Source: a virus
Strand: one strand, 5' to 3'
Virus record (IMG/VR): IMGVR_UViG_3300023179_000016
Location: 32,001 to 96,000 of that record
Length of the DNA: 64,000 bases
Shown: one piece after another, positions 53,306-64,000 of the stretch
How the letters are laid out: each line of letters opens with the position of its first letter
Numbering within the stretch: the stretch's first letter is position 1
Translations under genes and position numbers: made by a program
The notes under the pieces: model-generated
What the model was told of the DNA's origin: nothing
Seen by the model: only the letters and a program-made list of their open reading frames with translations
Database searches by the model: none

Positions 53306-56300
53306 ATGGCTATAGAGATTAGAAGTTATAATCAAATATTAGGTGACATGATAAGAAAGGTAATCGCTGAGACTGCCTTAAACGATATCAATACTGGTTC
53401 AGTTCTTCTAACTCTGTTAGAGGCAGTAGCCTCTAATGACTTTGAAAATAATGCTGCAGTATTAAATATATTAGATTTATTAAACATAGATGCAGTAATA
53501 AATAATGACTTAGATGCTAGAGCGGCTGATTATAGTTTAGTAAGAAGAACAGCAATAAAGGCATCTGGTTTAGTAAACATATACAACAGCAATATAGTAA
53601 AGCGCAGCACTGGTTTGTATGTTATTAAACCACCACCAATAGCTGGACAAACAAAATTATACGTAAATGACACAGACGGCTGGTCTTCTACTGGATCTCT
53701 TTATATAGGTAGAGGGACTCAAAGCTTTGAGGGACCAATATCATATACCAATATAACTGTCTATTCAACGTATTCAGAGATAACATTAGCATCAGCATTG
53801 CAAAAAGATCATTTGATATCAGATGTAGTAATAGATTCTCAGGGAGAACCAGATAGAACTATTGCTGCTGGCACTATTGTAAAGATACCAGCTAACAATC
53901 AAAATCCAGAGACAAAGTACGCTACTCTTAGAGATGCGGTAATTCCATCAGGAGAAGATTCTATCGATGGCGTAGAAGTTATTGCGCTGGTTGCCGGCTC
54001 TTCTGCCAATGCTGGAATAAATACAATCACTGAATTTGACTCTATTCCATTTTCTGGCGCAAAGGTTACAAATACGACTGCATTTTCCAGCGGCAAAGAT
54101 ATAGAAACAGATACCGAATTAAGAAACAGGATAAAATCCTATACTGTAACGCTAGCGAGAGGTACTGCCCCAAGTATCGTATCATCCATAATAGGTGTAT
54201 CTGATCCGGACGAGAGCAAGCAGATTGCCTCTGCAGTGTTGACAGAGCCGATTGATGTAGGCGAACCGTCCATATTGTATGTTGACGATGGATCTGGATT
54301 CCAGCCATCTTATGCTGGACAATCGGTGGACATATTGCTAAGTGAAGCCAATGGCAGTGAAGAGTTTCTTCAACTGGCAAACTATCCGGTTCCAAGACCA
54401 CAAGTAGTTAACGTTGCGGATGGACCGTTTAATATTCAAGATGGTTCGTTCTTGCGCGTAAATATCGACGGAACAGAAGAGACTGTATATTTTAGCTCTA
54501 GTCAATTTTTAAATATGTCTGCCGCAACTGTTGCAGAAATTGTTGTCGCTATCAATACATCATCCACATTATTTAAGGCCAGATTTACCAACAATTCTAA
54601 AAATATACTTATATATCCTGTCGCGCACAATGCAGAAATAATACAGGTTGCGGCCCTTAGAGCCACAGATGATTCCTCCTTATATATTAATACTCTATTA
54701 AAATTCCCAACAGATGAATTTAGTTATATATCGCTATATCAAAATAGCACTCGTCTAAGGGAAAAATCGAAGACTGCAGAACTGACAACGACTCCATATG
54801 CTCAATGGAATATCGCGGTAGAGAGCAATATAATAATATCTGTAGATGGCACTCCAGCTCAAGATAGAAGTTTTGCGCTCAGCGATTTTCCCGGCTCTCC
54901 GTCTTTTTCCTCGTTAACGTTAGAAAATTGGATAACCGCATTCAATAATAAGTTTGCAGGTCTTACAGCGATATCTACGCCAAGCCAAACAATGTTGATC
55001 AGATCAAACAAGGAGGGTGCTTCTTCGAGTATACAAATAGTAGGAGGCACTCTATTGAATAAGTGGTTTGCAAATCTAGATAAAGAATCTGTCGGACAGA
55101 CCGCTCAATTTCAATTAAATAGACAGACCGGCAATCTTAGAATATTGACAGACATCGAGCAGGGCGATATAATCTCTGCCGGTGTAGAAGATGCTAAAGG
55201 TTTTGTAATTTCTAGCGTTACTACTTCAGGCACATATAATTTCGGCACTGATTCTTTTGGTAGGCCTGCCAACATGGTAGTAGTTGTAGATTCCACATAT
55301 TGCAATCAGATTTCTGTTCCATTGTTGATAGGAAGCACTTTGGTGATTTCTTCTGCCGGTGCCTCGACAATGAGAATTATGTCTAGTTCTTCAGATTCTT
55401 TTGCTGCCTTAAAACCATCAGATTATGTATATCTCACACCAAGAAATTCTTGGTTAGATCCTGCTAATACTGGTCTATTTAAAATAAAGGCAAAAGGTAG
55501 TCATACATTAGCTGGGAGCGATACATTTATTGACGTTGAAAACCCTGGGATGATCGCGGAGGGGGTATCGCCTCCAATAACTATAGCAGACTCTTTAGAT
55601 ATAAAAGGTTTTGAGACGGATGGGTATCCTCAGGTCTGGCGTGGATCTTATTTAGATAACCCCCCTGCTGAACCGATCAGTGGCGTAATAGATTCTCTTA
55701 ATAGCGATCTTGCTGGTGTGCTGGCCACATTATATAAATCAAACTCAATCAAGATAACATCGACAAGCGAAAAAAATGGCAATATAGCTATACCTGTATC
55801 TATAAGCAATGCGTCAGTTATATTTGAAGAAACTTCGACAGCACAAACAGGAAACCCCGCACATGTAGCTACAAGAGTCTCCGATAAATCATTGGTTGGC
55901 ATGTTTAAAAGAACAAATCCGACAACTACTAATGTATTTCTTGATAGACATGTATATAGCGATATTAAGGGTTCTTTAACCTCTATCAGCTATCCAGATT
56001 CTCCACCCTTTTCTGGCCCATATAGCGAAAATATAGAATCTACGGGTGTACTAACTGATGCTAACGTCTCGTATGACGATTACGTCTCGTTTACAAGAGG
56101 CAACAATAGAGGCCAGATTAGAGAAATAAACACTAAAATTTCTGGCGATATGGTTGGCACTCAACAAGGGGTTGCAAGAACAGAGAGAGATCATGTAGTC
56201 GGAGACGAGATTCAGCTTATGAGACCTCTTTCTCTATCGACAGATGATAGCATTGTCGTCGTCATGGACAAAGATCCGACTACTAAGACTGTTGATATAA

Positions 56301-59300
56301 AAATGGCCAGAACCGCAAGAACAAATTCTGGCTCTATTGGTTCATTCTTACCTACAACTACAGAATTTTCAGCAGATGACGAAGATAATGAACCTGGAAT
56401 AAATTTTGGTAATACAAACGTTTGGGGAACAACGATCAATGGCACCAATTTTAATGATTACGCTATCTGGATGCGCGCTAGGAATTGGTATTCCACGGGT
56501 GGAGTAAGCGGATCCGGCGGCAAAATGCTGGTTAGATCTGCTCAATATGGACCCAATGGCGAAAAATTAAGATTTAGCATAGAGTATCCTACCGCAGCTA
56601 ATCAGTCACCCACTACAACATATACGAATACGCCCTCGTATAGCTTAAATTCTTATTTCTTTGGCTCAGGCCCACAAAAGGCTAGTGCCTTATCTGCCGG
56701 CGATGTTGTCACTATATATGGACCATATCCAGATGATAGCACTAATTTTCCAAGCGGAGCTGCCTCTTCTGGTAATTTCTATGACTATGAATTTTCTGCT
56801 GGCTCTCTAGCAAGTATCGCTGTAGGTGATGTGGTCTCTATAGGAAGCGATTCTGGCTTGCAATCTTCTAATTGCGGTCAATTTAGCGTATTTAATAAAA
56901 GTGGACTAACTATCAGAGTATTTAATCCTAGTGCTGTAGCGTCTTTTGCTGGTGCTCAAGAAATCACTAATATAACATGCGTGGCTGATATCGTAGGTAG
57001 TCCTACTATATATGAGATAAGTGCATCCGGCGACTCAATGATGACACCAATCAATCAAAAATATTTTGTTATTTATGACAGTGCTGGTTCAGTTGGAGTA
57101 TGGTATGACGTAAATAATACCGGTTCTATGCCACCACCAATGTTTGGAATAAATAGGACTATAAAAGTTGCCTCTGTTATAAGCGGTGATCTTGCTGACG
57201 ATGTTGCATCAAAGACTGCCGCAGTCTTAAATCTAGATGGTGCCTTTACTGTAACTAACTTAGGTGGAATTTTTTATGTTACTAATGTAGTCAATGGGGC
57301 TTTCACGAGCGGTAACGGTGGCACATTAATATGGCCAGTTACCACTACAGTAGGATCGCCGGATATCACTGTAGATGGTAAGTATTTTACATTAAATGAC
57401 TCTTCTGGCTCTGTGGCATTCTGGTATGATGTCGGTAATGATGGAACACCAGAGCCGTTTCACGGAGCAGATAGATCGGTAAAAATAGATTCTGTTGCTT
57501 ATGGTGACAGCGCTGCAAATGTTGCAGCTGCAACTGCAGCTGCAATTAATTCCGATCCTCAATTCAACGCAATTAACGTTGGCGATGTTGTCACTGCAAC
57601 CAATGTCTCTATAATGGACGTCAATGATGCGTCTGCTGGGACATCTGGTTTTGCGATTAATGTGGTCGATGGTTCCTCTCCTATCAATGAAACTATATCA
57701 AATCCAGGCGATATAGTGTTTTTCTCGCTCACTGGAACTGACGTGTCTACGATACAATCTACTGTAAACGATAAAGAAATATTAGAGATTGCCGCGGCAG
57801 GAAGCACTTCGTCAACCATAACTAAAGCAACAAAAGAAGATGTATATGCGTATTCTGGTAATTCTAGTGCTCTAGCATATAATCATAACCCTAATTCTAA
57901 CTCTTTAAGAGGTTTTATTAGTCTATATGATGGCGTAAATTGGGTAAAAGAATTTAAAAATACTGATCCTAATTTTACAGTAAAAAAGACTTTCACTCTA
58001 AATAACGTCGCTCCCAGCGTATATCAAATGAACACCGCGCCTAATTATAATTCTAGTTCTTTAGGTGAACTATTTAAACTTATACCAGTTACAGTAACAA
58101 ATATACACCATCATTTAACACAAAAAGCTCTATCACAGCTGCCTATTATCTCCAATATTAGAATATGCAATGATAGAAAAAATGTACAAATAACATCTAA
58201 AAATCTAGGTTCTTCTGGCGCTATAGAGATAATAGGCGGCAATGCCAATAAATCTCAAGCATATCTCGAGAGTGAATCTGAAGTTGCCACAGATACGAGT
58301 GGTCAGTATCTATTAGCTAAAATACCCGCATACCCAGATACATTTAATATAGGTGATTATGTAAAATTAGAGAACGATTCTGGTGTTAAAAGATATTCTA
58401 GATTAATATCTAGCGACACCATCACGGTTACAAATACTACAACCGGCATAGTCGAATATAATTTTAATCCTAAAACAACCAATATATCTAGCTCTACTGC
58501 TTTTACTATTACTGATGTATCTTCTTCATATGGAAGACCTTCTGGATTTATATGGCGCTGGACACATGATGGTTCTGCTACACTCGCACAAGTGAAAGCA
58601 GGCGACCTAGTATACGCATTTGGCGCTACATTAAGTTGGGATCAAGGTAACAAGGTTAGAGTTACCGGCGATGACAATGTATCTGGTCTTCCAATAATAA
58701 ACGTGAATGATGCCTTAAATTATTTTGATGTTGTTAATTCTTACGGCAAAAGTATGTCCTCTACTGTAGTCGGCGTAAACAATGTAGTGCAAATATGTCC
58801 AACTCCAGTAATTAAATGGAATCTAAGCCACAGAACAAGAACCAATATATTATCTATTGTTGGTAATGGCACTACTGCAACTATAACCTGCGTAAATGCC
58901 CATATGCTGAACACTGGGGACGTTGTAGATATAATAGACAGCGACAACATACCGGATGGTATCTATGGGCCCATAGTTGCAATAGCAGAAAATAAATTGA
59001 CAATAGCTTATGTATCTTCTCCTTTTATCGAGACCAGTTCCGGCGCAACTGTAATTAAAGATGGCATAACACCTACCAGATACAGAGTAGAAAAATTAGG
59101 CTATAACGGCATGACTAGAATATCTAGGCAAGACGGGCAGTCACCGCGTTTTGCCGATAACGGTGTTGCCGTGGATGATTATGTTGTGGTGGGCGGTAAT
59201 ACTTTTGCATCTAATAATAATGGTAGATTTAGAGTAGTTTCTGTCGACAATGATTCAATAATCATCATTAATGACACTGCTACAGATGAACTAAATACCG

Positions 59301-60436
59301 TAACACCGTTTAATAATAAAAATAAATATGCTGTTTGGACTTCCAATACAAATATAGTGACAGGGGATCCAGGGACCTTTAAGAACGTGTTTGTTGGTAC
59401 TTGGGTTAAAAAACCAGAAGACCCAGACTCGTACTATAGACAAGTTGTATCTATGTCTCCTATTACACCATCATTAGCCACTACTATAACCTTAGGTGCA
59501 AACTATAGTGGTTCTAGTGCTACAGCATCTGGCGTTAAATATGACATGTTAAATGATTATGATAAAGGGGTGATATTGCAGAGCATAGACGATATAAAAA
59601 TATATGAGGGCGATTCTGCTGTAGTTGGAGACACACTGTACGTTCAGAATATAGTTAATTCTAATTGGTTCAGTGTTGGCAATGTGGGCAGTTTTGCTGT
59701 AACTGGCATTGGAACTAATGAAGTTAGACTTAATCCTCTTTCTGATGTAATTGCACACAAACCGTTTTTGAGAGTCAATAATGCTGCTGGTTCATCGCAA
59801 TCAAACAGATTGATGTCTGTAAACACGTCTGGTTTCTATCTTATAGAGAGTAACGCTAATAAATTTAGCACTATCAGACAACTATCGCATGTCGCAATAG
59901 ATGATTTAAATAGCTTAAGAAGATCGCTATATATATCGCCACACAATAGGTCGTATAAATTCAGTAATTCAAATAATACAAGTGTGACCCATATGGGTAA
60001 ATTAGGTTATAGCACAGACGTCACTACCGGCATAGATGGATATCTATACTATACTGGTCTTCTTAGAAGAGCACAAAGGATAGTCGACGGGTATGAACCA
60101 GATCCCGATAATTATCCCGGCAGAAGAGCAGTAGGTGGTTTAATAGAGATATTACCGCCACTGAATCGTAAGATTTCTGTGTCTGTAAACATAACTACAA
60201 ATGAGGGTGTAAATCTTGGCGACATATCTAACAATATAAAATCTGTAGTGATTAATTATGTCTCTACACTGGGAGTCGGAGAAGACGTAATATTGTCAGA
60301 AATAATAGCGTCGATAATGCAAATAAAGGGAGTGGGGGCAGTAACGTTCTCATATCCATCGCCATCTACGGAAAGAATCACTATTGCGGACAACGAAAAA
60401 GCAACTGTCGATCCTAACGATATTGGTATTTCATAA
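53306..60436 (+). CDS. baseplate J/gp6-like protein with very large internal insertion
   Basis: N-terminal DINTGSVLLTLLEA, GSSANAG, GKDIETDTELRNR; C-terminal LGVGEDVILSEII..IKGV; 2376 aa. Confidence 0.85.
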   Translation: MAIEIRSYNQILGDMIRKVIAETALNDINTGSVLLTLLEAVASNDFENNAAVLNILDLLNIDAVINNDLDARAADYSLVRRTAIKASGLVNIYNSNIVKRSTGLYVIKPPPIAGQTKLYVNDTDGWSSTGSLYIGRGTQSFEGPISYTNITVYSTYSEITLASALQKDHLISDVVIDSQGEPDRTIAAGTIVKIPANNQNPETKYATLRDAVIPSGEDSIDGVEVIALVAGSSANAGINTITEFDSIPFSGAKVTNTTAFSSGKDIETDTELRNRIKSYTVTLARGTAPSIVSSIIGVSDPDESKQIASAVLTEPIDVGEPSILYVDDGSGFQPSYAGQSVDILLSEANGSEEFLQLANYPVPRPQVVNVADGPFNIQDGSFLRVNIDGTEETVYFSSSQFLNMSAATVAEIVVAINTSSTLFKARFTNNSKNILIYPVAHNAEIIQVAALRATDDSSLYINTLLKFPTDEFSYISLYQNSTRLREKSKTAELTTTPYAQWNIAVESNIIISVDGTPAQDRSFALSDFPGSPSFSSLTLENWITAFNNKFAGLTAISTPSQTMLIRSNKEGASSSIQIVGGTLLNKWFANLDKESVGQTAQFQLNRQTGNLRILTDIEQGDIISAGVEDAKGFVISSVTTSGTYNFGTDSFGRPANMVVVVDSTYCNQISVPLLIGSTLVISSAGASTMRIMSSSSDSFAALKPSDYVYLTPRNSWLDPANTGLFKIKAKGSHTLAGSDTFIDVENPGMIAEGVSPPITIADSLDIKGFETDGYPQVWRGSYLDNPPAEPISGVIDSLNSDLAGVLATLYKSNSIKITSTSEKNGNIAIPVSISNASVIFEETSTAQTGNPAHVATRVSDKSLVGMFKRTNPTTTNVFLDRHVYSDIKGSLTSISYPDSPPFSGPYSENIESTGVLTDANVSYDDYVSFTRGNNRGQIREINTKISGDMVGTQQGVARTERDHVVGDEIQLMRPLSLSTDDSIVVVMDKDPTTKTVDIKMARTARTNSGSIGSFLPTTTEFSADDEDNEPGINFGNTNVWGTTINGTNFNDYAIWMRARNWYSTGGVSGSGGKMLVRSAQYGPNGEKLRFSIEYPTAANQSPTTTYTNTPSYSLNSYFFGSGPQKASALSAGDVVTIYGPYPDDSTNFPSGAASSGNFYDYEFSAGSLASIAVGDVVSIGSDSGLQSSNCGQFSVFNKSGLTIRVFNPSAVASFAGAQEITNITCVADIVGSPTIYEISASGDSMMTPINQKYFVIYDSAGSVGVWYDVNNTGSMPPPMFGINRTIKVASVISGDLADDVASKTAAVLNLDGAFTVTNLGGIFYVTNVVNGAFTSGNGGTLIWPVTTTVGSPDITVDGKYFTLNDSSGSVAFWYDVGNDGTPEPFHGADRSVKIDSVAYGDSAANVAAATAAAINSDPQFNAINVGDVVTATNVSIMDVNDASAGTSGFAINVVDGSSPINETISNPGDIVFFSLTGTDVSTIQSTVNDKEILEIAAAGSTSSTITKATKEDVYAYSGNSSALAYNHNPNSNSLRGFISLYDGVNWVKEFKNTDPNFTVKKTFTLNNVAPSVYQMNTAPNYNSSSLGELFKLIPVTVTNIHHHLTQKALSQLPIISNIRICNDRKNVQITSKNLGSSGAIEIIGGNANKSQAYLESESEVATDTSGQYLLAKIPAYPDTFNIGDYVKLENDSGVKRYSRLISSDTITVTNTTTGIVEYNFNPKTTNISSSTAFTITDVSSSYGRPSGFIWRWTHDGSATLAQVKAGDLVYAFGATLSWDQGNKVRVTGDDNVSGLPIINVNDALNYFDVVNSYGKSMSSTVVGVNNVVQICPTPVIKWNLSHRTRTNILSIVGNGTTATITCVNAHMLNTGDVVDIIDSDNIPDGIYGPIVAIAENKLTIAYVSSPFIETSSGATVIKDGITPTRYRVEKLGYNGMTRISRQDGQSPRFADNGVAVDDYVVVGGNTFASNNNGRFRVVSVDNDSIIIINDTATDELNTVTPFNNKNKYAVWTSNTNIVTGDPGTFKNVFVGTWVKKPEDPDSYYRQVVSMSPITPSLATTITLGANYSGSSATASGVKYDMLNDYDKGVILQSIDDIKIYEGDSAVVGDTLYVQNIVNSNWFSVGNVGSFAVTGIGTNEVRLNPLSDVIAHKPFLRVNNAAGSSQSNRLMSVNTSGFYLIESNANKFSTIRQLSHVAIDDLNSLRRSLYISPHNRSYKFSNSNNTSVTHMGKLGYSTDVTTGIDGYLYYTGLLRRAQRIVDGYEPDPDNYPGRRAVGGLIEILPPLNRKISVSVNITTNEGVNLGDISNNIKSVVINYVSTLGVGEDVILSEIIASIMQIKGVGAVTFSYPSPSTERITIADNEKATVDPNDIGIS

Positions 60437-62967
60437 TGGCAGATAATAAAGGCAAAATAGATCAACTACATGATCTTCTACCTAGAGGCTTTAATAGCCG
60501 CAACAATGCCAATTGGAAGGCAATGGTAGAGGCCTTTGGCGAACAAGATCAAAAGATATTCGATCTGATATCGGAAGTTAGAAAACAATTCTTTGTTAAG
60601 ACAGCGTCTCGTCCATATCTTGATAGGTTAGGTGCAAATAATAAGATTGCTAGACCTAAATTAGTCGGCATGGATGATCCGTCTTTTAGACAGTATATAC
60701 CGATACTTTCTTATCAACCTAAGCAAGTAAAACTGATAATAGATAAATTACTAGACGTATTCTTCTTCAAAGAATCAACCACTGCATTTATCACTACTCA
60801 GAACTTTGGACCATTTAATTTCGACGACGGATGGGAATTAGAGTTATTTATCGATGAGCAATATACAGATCGAGTCGTTTTTACTAATGCAGACTTTACA
60901 GATATACATGCTGCAACAGCAAATGAAACAGTGGCGGCAATTAATAGACAAACAAAGCACTGTTATGCCACATCGTATTATGATAGTATCACTAAAAACA
61001 CATATATAAGAATCTTTACTAATACTATAGGTTCTAAAGGTTCACTACGTATTAAGGGCGGAAGAATAAATACTGCAATTAGATTAAACGGTTTTATCGA
61101 TGCTGCAGGTGTCGGATCAAATACGCAGTGGAGTGTCACAAAAGTTGGAGATGAGGTTGTTTTTCAATATGTTGGAGGCACATCGCCTGCGATAGATCAG
61201 TTGCAAGTCGGCGACATAGCCATAATCAATATTCCGGGAAACGTTGGATCGTTTGAGATTAAAAGCATAGATCTAGTCAATAATAATATAAGTTTTAAAA
61301 ATCTTTTTGCCACAGTTGGTCTATATACTCAGACATCTGAATATGATATAAAGTTTATAAGACCTAAAAAATATGTCGCATACACGAATGTGCGTAGAGC
61401 AATGACTTGGGAAACCACTTCTGGAGAAGTAGTGGTAGAGATACCTACCTCTCCACCGGTCGTTAAGAGATCATTAAGGGGATCGTTCCACACTAATGGT
61501 GTATTTAGTCAAATGTCTAATAGAGACTCAGATAACTCTATGACATTAGTAGATGCATATCTATTCCCAGAATCTGGTTCTTTTGTAATGGAAGAATCTA
61601 GAGAAATGTTGACTAGAATGCTAACAAGTTCTGAAAACGAGATAGTTTCTAAAAAGAATCAATATAGATTACAGCATCCAGTTACTGTATATGAATTTTC
61701 TAGCAGAACTGTTTTAAATACCACTGGAGATATTCTAGCTGGAACAACGCAGATTACGAATCTTGCTAGTACTGTCGGAATTCAAATAGGGCAACAAGTA
61801 TCGATGGATGGTGTTCCGGGTTATTCTCGTGTCGTAAGCATATCTGGTTCCACCGTCAATATTTCTTTCCCCGCAAGCTCTACAATATTAGGCGGACAAA
61901 TAAAATTTTTAGGTAACACGCTAAACGGAATAACCCCAAGTTTACCAAAATTAGCGTCATTAAACGAATATTCGCTATCTTCAATAACTAGGGTATCAGA
62001 TGTCGTAACAGCTACTACATCTATGCCTAATGATTATGTAGTGGGCGAATATACTGTAATATATGGGTGCGATGGGATCTTAGTTGCATCTGAAACAGGT
62101 GACACAACAAATCTATCGAACACTATACTTAATTTAAGTAGCACATCTGGAATAGTTCCGGGCATGCTAGTAGCAGGTCCTGGAATTCCAATTGGCACAA
62201 CCGTAGTATCTGTAGGCATATCTTCTATAATTATAAGTGATTTTGCCACTGCAACATCGATAGGTGTTAATTTAACTTTTAGTGAGAATTTAAACGGAGC
62301 ATATAAGATAGAATCGGTATCTGGTTCTACTTTTAGTTTTACTGCACCTGGGTCCAATGGAACACCCTTGATCCCTGGTTCAGTTAGAGTAGAAAGAATG
62401 GGTTTATCAAACTCTGGTTCCAAAATAATAGTCCTTGACGCGATACATAGTGAAGTCAGTAGAATATCTGGCTCATATGTTTGGGATAAAACGGCGCCCT
62501 ATGTATTATCTTCTAGTGCTTCAGAAATAACAGATGAGATTAAGGCTGGAAAAATAGTTAGATTGCTAAATACAACTGCCAACACTATGCCAGATTCTGG
62601 CGGATATGTCATATTTGACTATGGGAGAGAGAATCAAGAGGGTCCTGTAAGATATTTATATAAGCCAACCGATAATACTTTGGCCATAGATCCATCTTAC
62701 ACATTTCAACATGGTCATTCGGTAGGGTCACCGGTTATAGCTATTAGTAAAAAGGGCCCTCATGCAGTCAGTACTAGCGGCAAGGAGTATTCACCATATA
62801 TCACAGATCCATCTGAGGCCAGATTCATATTGCAGGACCTAGTTAAGTCTATAAAGAGTGCTGGCATATTCGTGAATTTCTTAGTTAGATATCCAGAACA
62901 GCTATACGGCGTACTAGATGTATATAATGAGCAAAATCTAGGGGCTGGAGCTCCATTTAGTGACTAA
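60436..62967 (+). CDS. baseplate wedge (gpI/gp7-like) protein with insertions
   Basis: TASRPYLDRLG...MDDPSFR; C-terminal IKSAGI; follows J-like gene. Confidence 0.7.
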   Translation: MADNKGKIDQLHDLLPRGFNSRNNANWKAMVEAFGEQDQKIFDLISEVRKQFFVKTASRPYLDRLGANNKIARPKLVGMDDPSFRQYIPILSYQPKQVKLIIDKLLDVFFFKESTTAFITTQNFGPFNFDDGWELELFIDEQYTDRVVFTNADFTDIHAATANETVAAINRQTKHCYATSYYDSITKNTYIRIFTNTIGSKGSLRIKGGRINTAIRLNGFIDAAGVGSNTQWSVTKVGDEVVFQYVGGTSPAIDQLQVGDIAIINIPGNVGSFEIKSIDLVNNNISFKNLFATVGLYTQTSEYDIKFIRPKKYVAYTNVRRAMTWETTSGEVVVEIPTSPPVVKRSLRGSFHTNGVFSQMSNRDSDNSMTLVDAYLFPESGSFVMEESREMLTRMLTSSENEIVSKKNQYRLQHPVTVYEFSSRTVLNTTGDILAGTTQITNLASTVGIQIGQQVSMDGVPGYSRVVSISGSTVNISFPASSTILGGQIKFLGNTLNGITPSLPKLASLNEYSLSSITRVSDVVTATTSMPNDYVVGEYTVIYGCDGILVASETGDTTNLSNTILNLSSTSGIVPGMLVAGPGIPIGTTVVSVGISSIIISDFATATSIGVNLTFSENLNGAYKIESVSGSTFSFTAPGSNGTPLIPGSVRVERMGLSNSGSKIIVLDAIHSEVSRISGSYVWDKTAPYVLSSSASEITDEIKAGKIVRLLNTTANTMPDSGGYVIFDYGRENQEGPVRYLYKPTDNTLAIDPSYTFQHGHSVGSPVIAISKKGPHAVSTSGKEYSPYITDPSEARFILQDLVKSIKSAGIFVNFLVRYPEQLYGVLDVYNEQNLGAGAPFSD

Positions 62968-63034
62968 TAAATATAAATATTGATATTTAAACTAACATCT
63001 AACGCAGTATAATTTAATCACATAGGAGCTAAAC

Positions 63035-64000
63035 GTGGCTGTATTAGGAAGAGTTCTAATTAGTTCTGGTGAGCGCTTAGATTTACCAGATTTACTCAGT
63101 GTTGATTCATATACTGCAGGTGATTTTAAATTTCTATTAAAGGGTCTAGTAGGCGAAGATACGCCCTATATCTTAAAAGGCTTTGACATAATAGATCCTG
63201 AAAATGCTATCGGTACTCAAAGCTGCTCTATTAGAGTGGCAGATTCCGTCGTATTTTATCCTGGTTCTGGTGCTGGATCTTTTTATCACGGTCTAGAAGA
63301 AGGAAATACGCTTTCTGCACCGCTAGTTCCAGAACTTAGAAAAAATGCAGTCAACTATATATATTTAACTTTTTCTACCACAAATACTTCCATAGATACT
63401 AGGGCATTCTGGGATCCAGACAAGGACGGCGGCAACGGTGGAGAGTTTACACAAGACGTTAATACAGAGTCTGTCTTAAAAGTAGAAGTAAACGTATCGG
63501 TAGGATCGTTCCCACAAAATACTATACCGATTGCAAAAGTTACAGTTGGCGCTGTCGTAATATCCTCAATAGAGGATGCCAGAACCATGCTGTTCCGTTT
63601 AGGGACTGGTGGTATAAATCCAAATCCGTTTAATACGTATGCTTGGAGATCTCTTCCTGCCACTGCGTATCAAAGAACAGAACCACCTACAAAAACAACA
63701 GCGGGTGGAGTTAATCCATTTCAAGGTGCAGATAAAAACATCTATACTCTAAAAGAATGGATGGACGTAATAATGTCTAAACTCCGAGAAATCGGAGGCA
63801 CAACATATTGGTATGAAGACATATCTACGTATAGTTTAATATCTAGCTTTGTAGACGCAACAAGCACCGCCTTTAAATCAAAGGGTAAATGGCTACACGA
63901 TTCTTCGACTCCTGGTTTATTAACCTGGACAGAAGATGTTCACATTAAAACCACATCTGATTTAAGAACATACATCGTTAGAAGTGGCAGTAAAACATTA
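63035..64000 (+). CDS. baseplate/tail-fibre-associated protein, 3-prime truncated (not in ORF track)
   Basis: TATAAT 63008-63013, GGAG RBS, GTG start MAVLGRVLISSGERLDLPD; frame appears open to the window end. Confidence 0.75.
   Translation, partial: MAVLGRVLISSGERLDLPDLLSVDSYTAGDFKFLLKGLVGEDTPYILKGFDIIDPENAIGTQSCSIRVADSVVFYPGSGAGSFYHGLEEGNTLSAPLVPELRKNAVNYIYLTFSTTNTSIDTRAFWDPDKDGGNGGEFTQDVNTESVLKVEVNVSVGSFPQNTIPIAKVTVGAVVISSIEDARTMLFRLGTGGINPNPFNTYAWRSLPATAYQRTEPPTKTTAGGVNPFQGADKNIYTLKEWMDVIMSKLREIGGTTYWYEDISTYSLISSFVDATSTAFKSKGKWLHDSSTPGLLTWTEDVHIKTTSDLRTYIVRSGSKTL

Overview
Segment of a large, probably lytic, contractile-tailed dsDNA phage genome; no integrase, rRNA or host housekeeping operon is seen. 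(1) 1-24.4 kb: mostly minus-strand nucleotide-metabolism, proteolysis and small accessory genes (AAA ATPase, ATP-dependent DNA ligase, trypsin-like and subtilisin-like proteases, ClpP, ThyX, RNase H, two lipoprotein-like Zn peptidases, deaminase, HNH) and three tRNAs (Leu-UAA, Ile-UAU, Arg-UCU), with interspersed plus-strand genes (NrdJ, ClpX-like, 2H phosphoesterase, motif-sharing charged proteins). (2) About 24.4-33.1 kb: GC-rich, apparently early region made of repeated regulatory cassettes (hairpin + GACACTGCTACGCC box + CCGA-N3-TATA motif), several copies of one unknown ~150-aa protein family, a tandem ENARLREAL...ARAALEG gene array and a micro-ORF operon. (3) 34.8-64 kb: AT-rich plus-strand morphogenesis region (IscA, neck, Nudix fusion, sheath, three tube paralogues, chaperones, tape measure, hub, spike, LysM/gp25 wedge, a 2376-aa baseplate J-like protein and further baseplate genes). 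The most notable features are the cassette-organised region with its own promoter-like motif and paralogue family, the two-slot gene array, and a set of proteins sharing NGQW / DWSEW / LxK motifs that may be virion cargo, one being an Acb1-like 2H phosphoesterase. All assignments come from motif recognition by eye; no database search was run and the host is unknown.
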